Positions 9,167 to 18,920 are shown, numbered from the stretch's first letter. The stretch is DNA of 64,000 nucleotides from Patescibacteria group bacterium (GCA_018971305.1 JAGXBC010000002.1:16046-80045), one strand, 5' to 3'. Translations and numbers: made by a program. Notes: generated by a model from the letters alone, not told the origin.

Positions 9167-10363
9167 ATGAAAATTGCCCTTGTCCTGTTTAACTTGGCCG
9201 TAGAAGCGGGAGCGCCCCGCTTCCTTTTATCATTCGCGCAAGCTCTTAAAAGACAGGGCCACGATGTGGTCATCTTCACCGCGGAATATAGCCCCAACTG
9301 CTTCCCGCCGCTTACAAAAGGATTGGACATAAGAGAGATCAAGGGTTCAAAGTCGCTTAGCTCCGTTGTTGGGGCCAAAGATATTTTCGGCAAGATTTTA
9401 AACCGCGTTAGGTGGTATGGTCTGGTTGATGAAATTTCCCGCGACATCGTGAAAGCGATGGACAAGGACTTTGATATCGTAAATTGCCACACGGATTTTT
9501 CTTATCGTGTCGGCTCTTTGTATAAAAAAATAAATCCGAAAGCCAAATTTATTTGGACGATGCACGATTCGCCGTTCGACTTCAACCCTAAAAGCAATGT
9601 TTTATTGAACCTGCTTAGCCGCGTATCGTACTTTATTGAAGAGATAATAGAGCGCGGGTCGTTCAAGGGGGCGGATTTGGTTGCGGTTTTGGACGAGAGG
9701 AACGCGAAAATTTCCCGAGGGTTTGGTTTAAAAACAGAGATAATCCGCGGCGGCGTGGACTTTGAAGCGTTTTACGGGCCAACGCATAATATGCCCGCCG
9801 GTTCTAAAAAAATTCGGCTCGTGAGCGTCGGCTCTCTCGGCCCATATAGGGGATTTGAAGACACTATTTCCGCTACCGCCGCGTTGCGCAAGCGCGGATA
9901 TGACGCGAGCGCTCTTATTGTTTGCGAAGATTTTTGGAGCAACGGTCCGTACCGGAAAAATTTTGAAAGTTTTATAGAAAACTCCGGCGCCAAAGAATAC
10001 ATAGATGCCCGCTTTAAAGGTGTTCCGGAAAATCAATTTAAAGCTGTGTACCGCGATAGCGATGTATACGTTTACGCGACCAACATTAAGATCTGGGGAA
10101 TGGCCCCCTTTGAAGCAATGACCGCCGGATTGCCGGCAATAATATGCGACGCTTCAAGTGACATTGAAGTTTTAATTAACAGAGAGAATGCGTTATTTGT
10201 TCCGCCTCACCGGCCGGACAAGATCGCGGACTGCGTTGAGGACCTTATTTCGTCCCCGGATCTATACGCGAAAGTCGCGAGCGGCGGACAAAAGTTCGTT
10301 CGTGATAATTTGACATGGGAGAAATACGCTGCTAATTTTTTGAAAAGCGTTTCGAATATTTAA
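9167..10363 (+). CDS. Glycosyltransferase family 4 (GT-B, Glycos_transf_1 domain)
   Basis: 398 aa; C-terminal YVYATNIKIWGMAPFEAMTAGLPAIICDASS motif (E-x7-E region) typical of GT4 retaining transferases. Confidence 0.8.
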   Translation: MKIALVLFNLAVEAGAPRFLLSFAQALKRQGHDVVIFTAEYSPNCFPPLTKGLDIREIKGSKSLSSVVGAKDIFGKILNRVRWYGLVDEISRDIVKAMDKDFDIVNCHTDFSYRVGSLYKKINPKAKFIWTMHDSPFDFNPKSNVLLNLLSRVSYFIEEIIERGSFKGADLVAVLDERNAKISRGFGLKTEIIRGGVDFEAFYGPTHNMPAGSKKIRLVSVGSLGPYRGFEDTISATAALRKRGYDASALIVCEDFWSNGPYRKNFESFIENSGAKEYIDARFKGVPENQFKAVYRDSDVYVYATNIKIWGMAPFEAMTAGLPAIICDASSDIEVLINRENALFVPPHRPDKIADCVEDLISSPDLYAKVASGGQKFVRDNLTWEKYAANFLKSVSNI

Positions 10364-10382
10364 CAAGAACACATTAAATCAA

Positions 10383-11297
10383 ATGCGCATTTTAGTTACA
10401 GGAGGAACGGGATTCATCGGTTCCAATCTGACAATAGAATTATTAAAACTGGGACACGACGTTTTGATAACCGGACACGACGCCGAACAAAAAATACCTA
10501 ATTTTCACGGGAAATATCTCCAGCCGAATTTTTTGGGATTGGATTGGGGAGCGTTGGGCAAAATAGACGCGTTGTTTCATGAAGCGGCTTTAAACGATAC
10601 AACATGCCTGGATGAGCGCGAAATGATGCTGGCGAACGTTGACTCTTCGCTCAAGCTTTTTGAACATGCGGCGAAGAATGGATGTAGGAAAATAGTTTAT
10701 GCGTCTTCTACGGCCGTCTACGGCGCGTCGCCGGCTCCTTATATAGAGAACAAAGGGCTGGAACCATTAAATCCCTACGGCAGATCGAAATTAATTTTGG
10801 ACGAAAAAGCCATGGAGTTCGCTAAAGTTCATCCTGAGATAACCGTTGTCGGTTTGCGCTATTGCAACGTTTACGGTCCGCGCGAGAATCACAAAGGGAA
10901 AAGAGCGAGTATGATCTATCAGTTGGCTAAGCAGATGAAGAACGGCAACCCCAAAATATTCAAAAACGGAGAACAGAAAAGGGATTATATATATGTCGGC
11001 GACGTGGTGCGCGCCAATCTGCTCGCGCTGCAAAGCAAAGAGAGCGGCGTCTTTAACTGCGGTTTTGGCGGGGCCACAAGCTTCAATGATATTATTAAGC
11101 TTCTTAACGAGGTTATGGGCCTCGATCGTGTTCCGGAATATATAGATAATCCCTATGCGGATAAATATCAGAATTTTACCCAATGCGATATGTCGCTTGC
11201 GAAGAAGGTGTTGGGTTTTGTGCCAAAATATAACGTTAAGGATGGAATTAAAGATTATTTTGCGAGTGGATTTTTAACTGGTTCGCGACCTATTTAA
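10383..11297 (+). CDS. hldD: NAD-dependent epimerase (ADP-L-glycero-D-manno-heptose 6-epimerase HldD-like)
   Basis: 304 aa; N-terminal ILVTGGTGFIGSNL Rossmann motif; Y/K dyad; sits in a neighbourhood with heptose pathway genes and a GT9 heptosyltransferase. Confidence 0.6.
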   Translation: MRILVTGGTGFIGSNLTIELLKLGHDVLITGHDAEQKIPNFHGKYLQPNFLGLDWGALGKIDALFHEAALNDTTCLDEREMMLANVDSSLKLFEHAAKNGCRKIVYASSTAVYGASPAPYIENKGLEPLNPYGRSKLILDEKAMEFAKVHPEITVVGLRYCNVYGPRENHKGKRASMIYQLAKQMKNGNPKIFKNGEQKRDYIYVGDVVRANLLALQSKESGVFNCGFGGATSFNDIIKLLNEVMGLDRVPEYIDNPYADKYQNFTQCDMSLAKKVLGFVPKYNVKDGIKDYFASGFLTGSRPI

Positions 11298-11298
11298 T

Positions 11299-12600
11299 AT
11301 GTTAAAAGCCGAAATAAAAGAATATATAAAATTTTTAATAAAGTGGCGCTTATTCGGATTTGTTAATAAGGTCGCGCTGCTTTTTTGGGGCCATAAGCCG
11401 AACACTGCGGATTACGGCAAAAGAATATTGGTCATTAATCTGCACGCCTTGGGGGATATAATCGCAACCACGTCGGCGTTGAGGCGCTATAAACTGGATT
11501 TTCCCGATAAGGAAATATATTGTTTGTTCCCGAAGGGCATGGTTGATGAAAGTTTTTTTCGGGAGTTCGTGGATAAAACGTTCCTTGTTGATATAAAAAA
11601 ATTCGGCTTGGATATTAAATACGAACTCGGATTTATTAACGGTTTGCGGGACATAGGCTTTGAAACGGTCGTCAATCAAGGTTACGGCGTTCTGGAATTG
11701 CCGGGCAAAACCATTGCAACAAATATAGGAGCAAAAAATATAATCGGCTATGAGGGGTTGGTTACTGAATATGTTAATGCCAATTGGGTGGCGCGCCGCC
11801 GCATTGCTTTTATAAAAAAACACATCTTCCCGCTTTATACCAAGCTGGTTCCGATAGTGGACCCCGATTTTAAGAAGCGAGGCAGGGTTACGAATTTCGT
11901 AAAAATTAACGCAGCTATTTACGATGGTTTCCTGGGGCATGCGGCAAAAATATTGCCGACAAAAATTTCGGTAGATCCCGGCGCGGAAAAATCTGTCCTT
12001 AAGATTTTAGAGGAGAACAAAATTAACCCTGGAACATATGCCGTTTTTGTTCTGGGAGCTAGGACTCCCGCTCGCCGATGGCCGGTAGAAAGATTTGCGG
12101 AAGTCGCGAAAGAAGTGGAACGCCTTAAAATACCGGTGGTTTTGGTCGGGATGCCGTCGGAAATTGAGGTAGCAACGCATTTTAAAAAAATTTCCGCAGT
12201 TTCCGTTATTGATCTGATAGGAAAGCTCTCCCTTAAGGAACTTGTTTCCACAGTAAATCACTGCCTGTTTGTTCTGACGAACGACACGGGTCCGGTTCAT
12301 ATTGCCGTGGCGCTCAAAAAACCGTCCATGTCTATAGTGGGAGATGCGGCTCTCGGGGTATCCGATGATTACGGCTATCCGCGGATAAACCGCTGGTCCT
12401 ACGTAAAAAGGGAATGCCTTTTTGACATGTGGCGCTGTTCCGAGACCGTAGCTCCGGGAGAGCCGGCTCCCTGCATTGCCGCAGTTACCCTGGATGACGT
12501 GCTTAAAAAAGTCCGCGAACTGATAACTTTTATTAAGGAGAACGATTTAAAAGAGTTTACGAAAGACGAACGCTTTGAGGCGGAGTTTGAATCTATCTAA
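11299..12600 (+). CDS. Glycosyltransferase family 9 (LPS-type heptosyltransferase)
   Basis: 433 aa; ILVINLHALGDIIATTSALRRYK and TNDTGPVHIAVALKKPSMSIVG motifs characteristic of RfaC/RfaF-type GT9. Confidence 0.7.
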   Translation: MLKAEIKEYIKFLIKWRLFGFVNKVALLFWGHKPNTADYGKRILVINLHALGDIIATTSALRRYKLDFPDKEIYCLFPKGMVDESFFREFVDKTFLVDIKKFGLDIKYELGFINGLRDIGFETVVNQGYGVLELPGKTIATNIGAKNIIGYEGLVTEYVNANWVARRRIAFIKKHIFPLYTKLVPIVDPDFKKRGRVTNFVKINAAIYDGFLGHAAKILPTKISVDPGAEKSVLKILEENKINPGTYAVFVLGARTPARRWPVERFAEVAKEVERLKIPVVLVGMPSEIEVATHFKKISAVSVIDLIGKLSLKELVSTVNHCLFVLTNDTGPVHIAVALKKPSMSIVGDAALGVSDDYGYPRINRWSYVKRECLFDMWRCSETVAPGEPAPCIAAVTLDDVLKKVRELITFIKENDLKEFTKDERFEAEFESI

Positions 12601-12616
12601 AAGTTTTCTAGGTTTT

Positions 12617-13102
12617 TCAGAGATTTTTTATTTTCTTAATCAGCTTCGTTGTTGAGCGATTTTTCACGTGCGGCGCCAGAGCCATGCGCCCTCCGTATTT
12701 TTCCACCAGCTTTTTTTCTATAAGATTTTGCCCATAACCGTAATCACCGCCTTTAACATGAATGTGTGGTTTTATTTTAAGAAGCCAGGGTTTGGGAGTT
12801 TCCTCGTTAAAAATAAAAACATAATCGACCGCGGTAAGGGCGGCGATAACTTTCGCCCGTTCTTTTTCTCCGACGATCGGCCTTTTATCTCCCTTATTTC
12901 TTTTAACCGATTTGTCCGAATTAAGACCGACTATGAGGATATCCCCCATATTTTTGGCATTTTCCAGATAGTTCGTATGCCCTACGTGCAATATGTCAAA
13001 ACAGCCGTTGGTGGTGACGATAATTTTCCCTTCAGACTTAGCTTTGCCGACTATCTTTATTAACTCTTTGATCGTTTTTATTTTAGCGGCAGATGTTTGC
13101 AT
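12617..13102 (-). CDS. hldC: D-glycero-beta-D-manno-heptose 1-phosphate adenylyltransferase (HldE domain II / HldC-type cytidylyltransferase fold)
   Basis: 161 aa; TNGCFDILHVGHTNYL (HxGH nucleotidyltransferase motif) and RfaE-II-like length. Confidence 0.75.
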   Translation of the reverse strand: MQTSAAKIKTIKELIKIVGKAKSEGKIIVTTNGCFDILHVGHTNYLENAKNMGDILIVGLNSDKSVKRNKGDKRPIVGEKERAKVIAALTAVDYVFIFNEETPKPWLLKIKPHIHVKGGDYGYGQNLIEKKLVEKYGGRMALAPHVKNRSTTKLIKKIKNL

Positions 13103-13148
13103 GGAATTTTATTTTATATTAACCTTTTTATAACAATTATACATCTAT

Positions 13149-13724
13149 ATGTCGATGGATATTATCGATGGAGCATTTGATAGACATTCTAAAGTTGCTA
13201 AAGACAGTGCCAATTTGATTGTCGGTTCGGTCAAGGAAGCCGCCAATGTTTTATTGTCCGCCATAAATAACGGAGGCAAGGTTCTTGTCTGCGGCAATGG
13301 TGGATCTGCGGCTGATGCGCAGCACTTTGCGGCAGAGTTTGTTTGCAGGTATAAAGACGACAGACCGCCCTTAGCGGCAATAGCGCTTACCGTAAATACT
13401 TCTGCCATTACGGCTATCGGCAACGACTATGGTTTTGAACACATTTTTGCGAGGCAGGTAGAGGCATTTGGGGGAAGGGGCGATGTTCTTGTCGCCATAA
13501 CGACAAGTGGAAAATCGCCAAATGTTCTGCTGGCTATAAAAGCGGCCAAAGAAAGAGGTTTGAAGACCATAGCGTTGACCGGTTCCAGCGGTTCCGTTAT
13601 GGATAAATTAGCTGATATTGCTATCGTAGTGCCCTCGGAAGAAACTGCTCGCATCCAGGAGATGCACGAACTTATTTATCATTCTTGGTGTGAATTTATA
13701 GATAGAGGGCCGGTGAGAGGCTAA
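13149..13724 (+). CDS. gmhA: Phosphoheptose isomerase (SIS domain) GmhA
   Basis: 191 aa; VLVCGNGGSAADAQHFAAEF and ITTSGKSPNV motifs typical of GmhA. Confidence 0.85.
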   Translation: MSMDIIDGAFDRHSKVAKDSANLIVGSVKEAANVLLSAINNGGKVLVCGNGGSAADAQHFAAEFVCRYKDDRPPLAAIALTVNTSAITAIGNDYGFEHIFARQVEAFGGRGDVLVAITTSGKSPNVLLAIKAAKERGLKTIALTGSSGSVMDKLADIAIVVPSEETARIQEMHELIYHSWCEFIDRGPVRG

Positions 13725-13806
13725 GGAGAATTATATAAGCAACTATTTTGTATTGCGGTTTTAACCGCGATACAATTACTTCGATTAAAACAACCATCAT
13801 TCATAA

Positions 13807-14850
13807 ATGAAAATAAAAGCCGCCGTATTGGAAAAAATAAACAGCCCGCTTGTTGTAGAAGACGTTGAGCTTGGCGATTTGTCGTCGGGACAGGTGCTTG
13901 TGAAGATTCTTGTGAGCGGCATTTGCGGGGCGCAGCTCCAAGAAATTGCCGGCAATAAAGGCAATGCCAAATATGTTCCACATCTCTTAGGGCACGAAGG
14001 GTGCGGTATCGTAGAAAAAATCGGAGAGGGAGTTACCAGGGTCGAAAAAGGAGACAAAGTCGTTATACATTGGCGCAAAGGCGAGGGCATGGAATCCGAT
14101 TTTCCGGAATATGTTTTCCGGGGTAAGACAATAAGAAGCGGTAAATCAACGACCTTCGGAGAATATTCCATTGTTTCTGAGAACCGCGTTACTCCCGTGC
14201 CCCAAGATACTCCCAATGATTTTTGCGCATTGCTCGGATGCGGGCTTTCTACCGCGCTTGGGGCCATTTCCACCGAGGCATCCATGCGTCCCGGGGAAAG
14301 AATAATGATAATAGGCCTTGGTGGGCTGGGCGCTTGTCTTATCAAAGCCGCCAAATTTTATCGTGCCGGTAAAATTGTCGGATTAGATATCTATGAAAAT
14401 AAAAAAGAAGTTGTCTCCGGTCTTGGTGGCGATCTGTTTATAAACAGCGCTAAAGAAGATATAGCGGAAAAGCTGGGGCGCGAGCTGGGGGTGGCTGATG
14501 TTGATATAATCGTGGACACTTCCGGGCATGCAGGCATGATCTCTGCCACAATTCCTCTTTTGGCCGATGGCGGCAGGTATATAATGGTGGGGCAGTCAAA
14601 GCCGGGCGACAGCGTAGAGATAAAAATGGCGAACCACCTTTTCGGAAAAGATTACGGGAAAACGATTAAGGCGACACAGGGCGGGGGATTCATGCCCACG
14701 AGAGACATTCCGATTTATGTAAAGGCCTACCGCGAAGGACTTTTAGATATAGATAACTTAATCACGCATCGCACAAAACTTAACGATATTAACAAGGCCA
14801 TAGAACTTATGCGTGCCGGCAAAGCAAATAGAATTATTATTGACCTATGA
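13807..14850 (+). CDS. Zinc-dependent medium-chain alcohol dehydrogenase
   Basis: 347 aa; GHEGCGIVEKIG zinc-binding motif and GLGGLG Rossmann motif; stop overlaps the start of the next gene (ATGA). Confidence 0.8.
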   Translation: MKIKAAVLEKINSPLVVEDVELGDLSSGQVLVKILVSGICGAQLQEIAGNKGNAKYVPHLLGHEGCGIVEKIGEGVTRVEKGDKVVIHWRKGEGMESDFPEYVFRGKTIRSGKSTTFGEYSIVSENRVTPVPQDTPNDFCALLGCGLSTALGAISTEASMRPGERIMIIGLGGLGACLIKAAKFYRAGKIVGLDIYENKKEVVSGLGGDLFINSAKEDIAEKLGRELGVADVDIIVDTSGHAGMISATIPLLADGGRYIMVGQSKPGDSVEIKMANHLFGKDYGKTIKATQGGGFMPTRDIPIYVKAYREGLLDIDNLITHRTKLNDINKAIELMRAGKANRIIIDL

Positions 14851-15794
14851 TATCACCGTTAGAATCTTACAAGAAAATGTTTTTGATACGTGTGGCGGAG
14901 GAAGAGCTGGCGGAATTATATAAGAAAGAGAAGATAATGAGCTTCGTTCATTTTTACGTCGGCCAGGAAGCGGTCGCGGTTGGGGTTTGCGACGCGCTCC
15001 AAAAAGGAGACAAGGCCTTAGGAAATCACCGCTCGCATGGCCACTACCTGGCGAAAGGCGGCGACCTCAAAAAAATGATCTGCGAATTACTGGGGAAGGA
15101 GAACGGTTCGGCGCACGGTAAGGGCGGGTCTATGCATATGATAGACAAGTCGGTTAATTTCGTCGGTTCAACTCCTATTCTGGGCAGTATTGTACCCATA
15201 TCCTGCGGTTCTGCTTTTGAACAAAAATATAACAAAAAGCCGGATGTGACCGTTGCCTTTCTTGGTGATGGTGCTTTTGAAGAGGGTATCGTATATGAAA
15301 CGCTGAATCTCGCCGCTCTTTTTAAATTGCCCTTACTCTTGGTAGTTGAAAATAATTTATTCGCGACCAATACAAAAGTAAAAGACAGGAGATCGGATAC
15401 GCATAACGTTGAGAAAATAGTAACCGGTTTCGGTGTTGACTATCGGAGAGCCGACGGTAACGATTACGAAGACACGCACAAGAAAGCAAAAGAGATTTTG
15501 GCATCCGTGCGAACAGGCAGGCCGGCCGTGCTCGAGTGCATGACCTACAGGCATATGGCGCATAGCGGCCCTGTTTTTAACGAGGATTACCGGGAAGAAG
15601 ATATTTTAGAAAAAAGATTAGAAAAAGATCCGGTGAAAAAAATGAGACAAATTGTCGTGAATAGCGGCATTTCGGAAAAGGAAGTTACTGGAGCCGAAGA
15701 AGAAATAAAAAAATTCGTAATTAATAGCGTTGACTTTGCCCTAAAATCCAAATACCCGCCCAAGGAAAATATTTATACAGACGTCTATGCCTAG
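14847..15794 (+). CDS. Thiamine-diphosphate-dependent 2-oxoacid dehydrogenase E1 component, alpha subunit-like
   Basis: 315 aa; HRSHGHYLAKGGD...GKGGSMHM...FLGDGAFEEG...ENN, a canonical E1-alpha TPP-binding pattern; translationally coupled to the upstream ADH and downstream beta subunit. Confidence 0.8.
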   Translation: MISPLESYKKMFLIRVAEEELAELYKKEKIMSFVHFYVGQEAVAVGVCDALQKGDKALGNHRSHGHYLAKGGDLKKMICELLGKENGSAHGKGGSMHMIDKSVNFVGSTPILGSIVPISCGSAFEQKYNKKPDVTVAFLGDGAFEEGIVYETLNLAALFKLPLLLVVENNLFATNTKVKDRRSDTHNVEKIVTGFGVDYRRADGNDYEDTHKKAKEILASVRTGRPAVLECMTYRHMAHSGPVFNEDYREEDILEKRLEKDPVKKMRQIVVNSGISEKEVTGAEEEIKKFVINSVDFALKSKYPPKENIYTDVYA

Positions 15795-16824
15795 GATAAT
15801 TCAATTCACAGAGGCAATAAGGGAGGCCACGGATCAAATGATGGAAGTTGATAAGAACATTTTTGTTATGGGTCTTGGAGTTACGGATAAAGGCGGCGCC
15901 GACGGCACCACGAATGAGTTGAACTTGAAATATCCGGGGAGAATTTTGGACGTCCCGCTCTCCGAGGGAGCTTTCACCGGAATGGCCGTGGGGGCCGCTA
16001 TTAACGGCCTGAGGCCCATTGTCCACCACGGCAGAGTAGAATTTAGCCTTTTTGCCGCCGATCAAATATTCACGCAGGCTGCCAAATGGAATTATATGTT
16101 CGGAGGTAATAATAACGTTCCGTTGGTTCTTAGAGTTAATGTCGGCAGGCAATGGGGCAACGGTCCTCAGCATACGCAGTCCTTATACGCTTTATTCGGC
16201 AGCGTTCCCGGCTTGAAGGTTGTGATACCGTCAACGCCGCGGATGGCAAAAGGATTGCTTGTATCCGCGCTTAGAGACAAGAACCCGGTAGTAATTTTGG
16301 AATCGAGGTGGATCTTTAAGGTCAAACAGGATGTGCCCGATGGCATTTACGCGGAACCTCTCGGAAAGTCCCGGGTGGCCAAAGACGGCAAGTATGTTAC
16401 CGTGGTGGCCTACGGAGACGGATTTATCGCCGCCCACGAAGCGCTCTCTCTTATAGGCGCGGAAGCGAGCGTTGAATTAATAGATCTTGTTTCTTTAAAT
16501 CCGATAGACCACGAGACAATTTTAAATTCCGTGAAAAAAACCGGACGCCTTATTTGCGTCGACACCGAGCCTAACGCTTTTGATATAGGTTCGGAAATAA
16601 TTTCCAAGATTGCTCAGGAAAGATCATTAAAACTTAAAGACGCTCCGGTTTCTATCTCTTGCCCCAATACTCCATGCCCGACCTCTACGGCCCTTACGGA
16701 ATTTTATTATCCGACCAAAGTGGACGTTGCGAACGCAGTTCTGCGCTTAATGAATAAGCCAACCATCGCCCACCAATTTACTTTTGAAGAATTGCACCTT
16801 GCGCCGAACCTGACTCTTCCGTAA
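15787..16824 (+). CDS. 2-oxoacid dehydrogenase E1 component, beta subunit-like (transketolase-like Pyr + C-terminal domains)
   Basis: 345 aa; LSEGAFTGMAVGAAINGLRPIV...EF.LFAADQIF pattern of E1-beta; overlaps the alpha subunit by 8 nt. Confidence 0.8.
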   Translation: MPRIIQFTEAIREATDQMMEVDKNIFVMGLGVTDKGGADGTTNELNLKYPGRILDVPLSEGAFTGMAVGAAINGLRPIVHHGRVEFSLFAADQIFTQAAKWNYMFGGNNNVPLVLRVNVGRQWGNGPQHTQSLYALFGSVPGLKVVIPSTPRMAKGLLVSALRDKNPVVILESRWIFKVKQDVPDGIYAEPLGKSRVAKDGKYVTVVAYGDGFIAAHEALSLIGAEASVELIDLVSLNPIDHETILNSVKKTGRLICVDTEPNAFDIGSEIISKIAQERSLKLKDAPVSISCPNTPCPTSTALTEFYYPTKVDVANAVLRLMNKPTIAHQFTFEELHLAPNLTLP

Positions 16825-16825
16825 A

Positions 16826-16866
16826 TAAAAAAGGGCGCCGATTCTCTAAAGAGAATTAGCGCCCTA
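16826..16866 (-). terminator. Rho-independent terminator for the EEP gene (nested hairpin GGGCGC..ATTCTC-TAAA-GAGAAT..GCGCCC, followed by a T-run on the minus strand)
   Basis: Perfect 6-bp outer stem and 6-bp inner stem at 16833–16864; the minus strand continues with CTTTTTTATT. Confidence 0.55.
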
Positions 16867-16889
16867 AGGATATCTGTTCACGGTTGAAC

Positions 16890-17729
16890 TCATATCTTCC
16901 TAACCGTAGAACATAACATTAAGTGGTCACTTCCGGGGGATGGGTCCACATAGACATTCGTGACGTCATATGTAAACCTGCCGGAACTGTTCGGCCAAAC
17001 CATGATGTGGTCAGGCTTTATGCCGAACTTGGCTGCCTGGTGATGCTCGGCAACCGTGGTTTTGATGTGTGGAGGAAAACAATCGCGGCCGCAGCTTTCC
17101 GAATATCTGCGGAGCACCCTGCCCTCCTTGTCGGGATTGCAATCTGCGGTGTAAATGATCCCGCCGTATCGTTTTCCCTGTTCGGCAAGAAAGTTGCAGA
17201 GAGTCGAGGTGCTTTGTAGTTGATTGTGATTGGAGTTTCCTCCGCGCACCCAAAATCCATGATGCGTGGCAACTCGCCACAACCTAGGATCGTCTGGCTT
17301 GGAAATTGTGCAGGCCACGGCGACTCGATTTTCTGTTTTTAACACGAGTGCGTCCGCGACATCTCCCGGTTGGATCCTTTGGTTGTTGTCGTCAACGCCA
17401 TCCAAATCACGAACGATACCGTCCCCCCACGTATGGCGGATGGCAATGTCGTTCATCGGATATTTTGATGTGATACAAATGCCCACGAGTTCCCGTTTGC
17501 CCCAAATCTTGTGGTTAGTCATGGGGGCAAAATGGAAGTTGGGCAGGGGCCGCAGGTATTTTAGCAACGACACCCGAAAATCCTGCAAACAAAGTACGTC
17601 GGGTAGCTTCGCGCCAGGCTCAGAAAGCTTCTTAAGCCATTTCAGAGTTTGCGGTTCTTCGTTGGGAGTTGCGCCAACGAAACGCCCGCCGTTCAGGGAC
17701 CAAACGGTTAGTTCGGTCATTTCCGCCAC
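16890..17729 (-). CDS. Endonuclease/exonuclease/phosphatase (EEP) family protein
   Basis: 279 aa; DVLCLQD near the N-terminus and PGSDHLML near the C-terminus, the hallmark motifs of the EEP fold. The gene is visibly more GC-rich than its neighbours. Confidence 0.6.
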   Translation of the reverse strand: MAEMTELTVWSLNGGRFVGATPNEEPQTLKWLKKLSEPGAKLPDVLCLQDFRVSLLKYLRPLPNFHFAPMTNHKIWGKRELVGICITSKYPMNDIAIRHTWGDGIVRDLDGVDDNNQRIQPGDVADALVLKTENRVAVACTISKPDDPRLWRVATHHGFWVRGGNSNHNQLQSTSTLCNFLAEQGKRYGGIIYTADCNPDKEGRVLRRYSESCGRDCFPPHIKTTVAEHHQAAKFGIKPDHIMVWPNSSGRFTYDVTNVYVDPSPGSDHLMLCSTVRKI

Positions 17730-17877
17730 CTCCCTCAGATACCGCTTGATTTTGAATTTACAGCTGCGCTAATTATACATCTAAATGGTATATGTTGTCA
17801 ATAATAGGTGATGATTTAATAGCTTCAATACCCCGCGATAAATTAACGTAGATTTATTGATTTTTTGCCGACTTCAT

Positions 17878-17886
17878 TGTATAATA
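17878..17886 (+). promoter_or_regulatory. Putative extended -10 element (TGTATAATA) upstream of the heptose kinase gene
   Basis: TGnATAATA-like box about 30 nt upstream of the ATG at 17917 in an AT-rich intergenic region; no convincing -35. Confidence 0.25.
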
Positions 17887-17916
17887 GAAGGCGTATAAAT
17901 TAGCTATCATCTGTGC

Positions 17917-18918
17917 ATGTCAAAACAGAAGTCCAAATATGAGGACATAGCCAAATCTTTCAAGTCCGCAAAGATCCTTGTGGTCGGCGACGTTATGCTT
18001 GATCTGTATATCCATGGGGATGTGGAGCGAATTTCTCCCGAGGCACCTGTGCCTATAGTGTTCGAGAAGTCGCGCGAATATTTTCTTGGTGGCGCCGGGA
18101 ACGTGGCGGCGAATGTGGCCGCACTTGGCGGAAAGGTGGTTTTGATTGGCAGCGGCGGCGGCGACAAAGAAGAGGATTTTGTCCGCGGAATTTGCAGCCG
18201 CAACGGCATAACCCCGCGTTTTTTGTACGAACCTAATCGCCCGACTTCCGTAAAAACCCGGACTGTTTCCGGGCAACATTTGCTGTTAAGAATTGACAGA
18301 GAAAAGATCGGCGCTATTTCCAAAAATACCGAAAAGAAAGTTGTGCGCCTGGTAAATGGTCTTCCCGACCATGATCTTGTTGTGGTTTCCGATTACGCCA
18401 AGGGCTTTATAACGCAAGCCGTGATTCAATCCTTAAAAAATCGTTTTGGAGCGAGAAAAGTAGTTGCGAATATAAAACCTTTGCCAGTCGCGCGGACAGG
18501 CGTTTATGATTTTAAAGGCGTAGACATCGGAATTTATAAGGGAATAAATACTATCACCATGAACGCGAACGAAGGACGTTTCTTCACCGGCATTGATACG
18601 TCTACAGACCGTGGGGCAGTAAAAGCTTCCGGCCTGCTTTCGCGGCGTCTTAACGCTTCGGTTGTGCTAACAAGGGGAGCGCAAGGATTAACCGTGTACG
18701 ATCGGGCTTTAAAAAGATCAGCCAACATATCAAGCAAAACGCTGCCGGTTTTTAACGTAACGGGTGCCGGCGACACAGTTGCCGCTACTATTGTTCTTAT
18801 GCTTGCGAGCGGTATGCCGCTGTTTAAGGCGGCGGAAGTAGCAAATCATGCCGGTGGGGTAGTAGTCGGTCGACAGGGAACTGCTGTTGTCAGGCCTTCA
18901 GATTTGAATTTGTCGTAG
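17917..18918 (+). CDS. hldA: D-glycero-beta-D-manno-heptose-7-phosphate kinase (HldE domain I / HldA; PfkB family)
   Basis: 333 aa; ILVVGDVMLDLYIHG and GAGNVAANVAALGG motifs typical of RfaE-I; C-terminal NVTGAGDT anion hole. Confidence 0.8.
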   Translation: MSKQKSKYEDIAKSFKSAKILVVGDVMLDLYIHGDVERISPEAPVPIVFEKSREYFLGGAGNVAANVAALGGKVVLIGSGGGDKEEDFVRGICSRNGITPRFLYEPNRPTSVKTRTVSGQHLLLRIDREKIGAISKNTEKKVVRLVNGLPDHDLVVVSDYAKGFITQAVIQSLKNRFGARKVVANIKPLPVARTGVYDFKGVDIGIYKGINTITMNANEGRFFTGIDTSTDRGAVKASGLLSRRLNASVVLTRGAQGLTVYDRALKRSANISSKTLPVFNVTGAGDTVAATIVLMLASGMPLFKAAEVANHAGGVVVGRQGTAVVRPSDLNLS

Positions 18919-18920
18919 GT

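Noticed and set aside
14847-16824. Calling the E1alpha/E1beta pair a complete pyruvate or acetoin dehydrogenase complex
   Set aside because: No E2 (lipoyl/biotinyl-domain acyltransferase) or E3 (dihydrolipoamide dehydrogenase) ORF exists anywhere in the 64 kb; only the E1 alpha/beta identity is supported.
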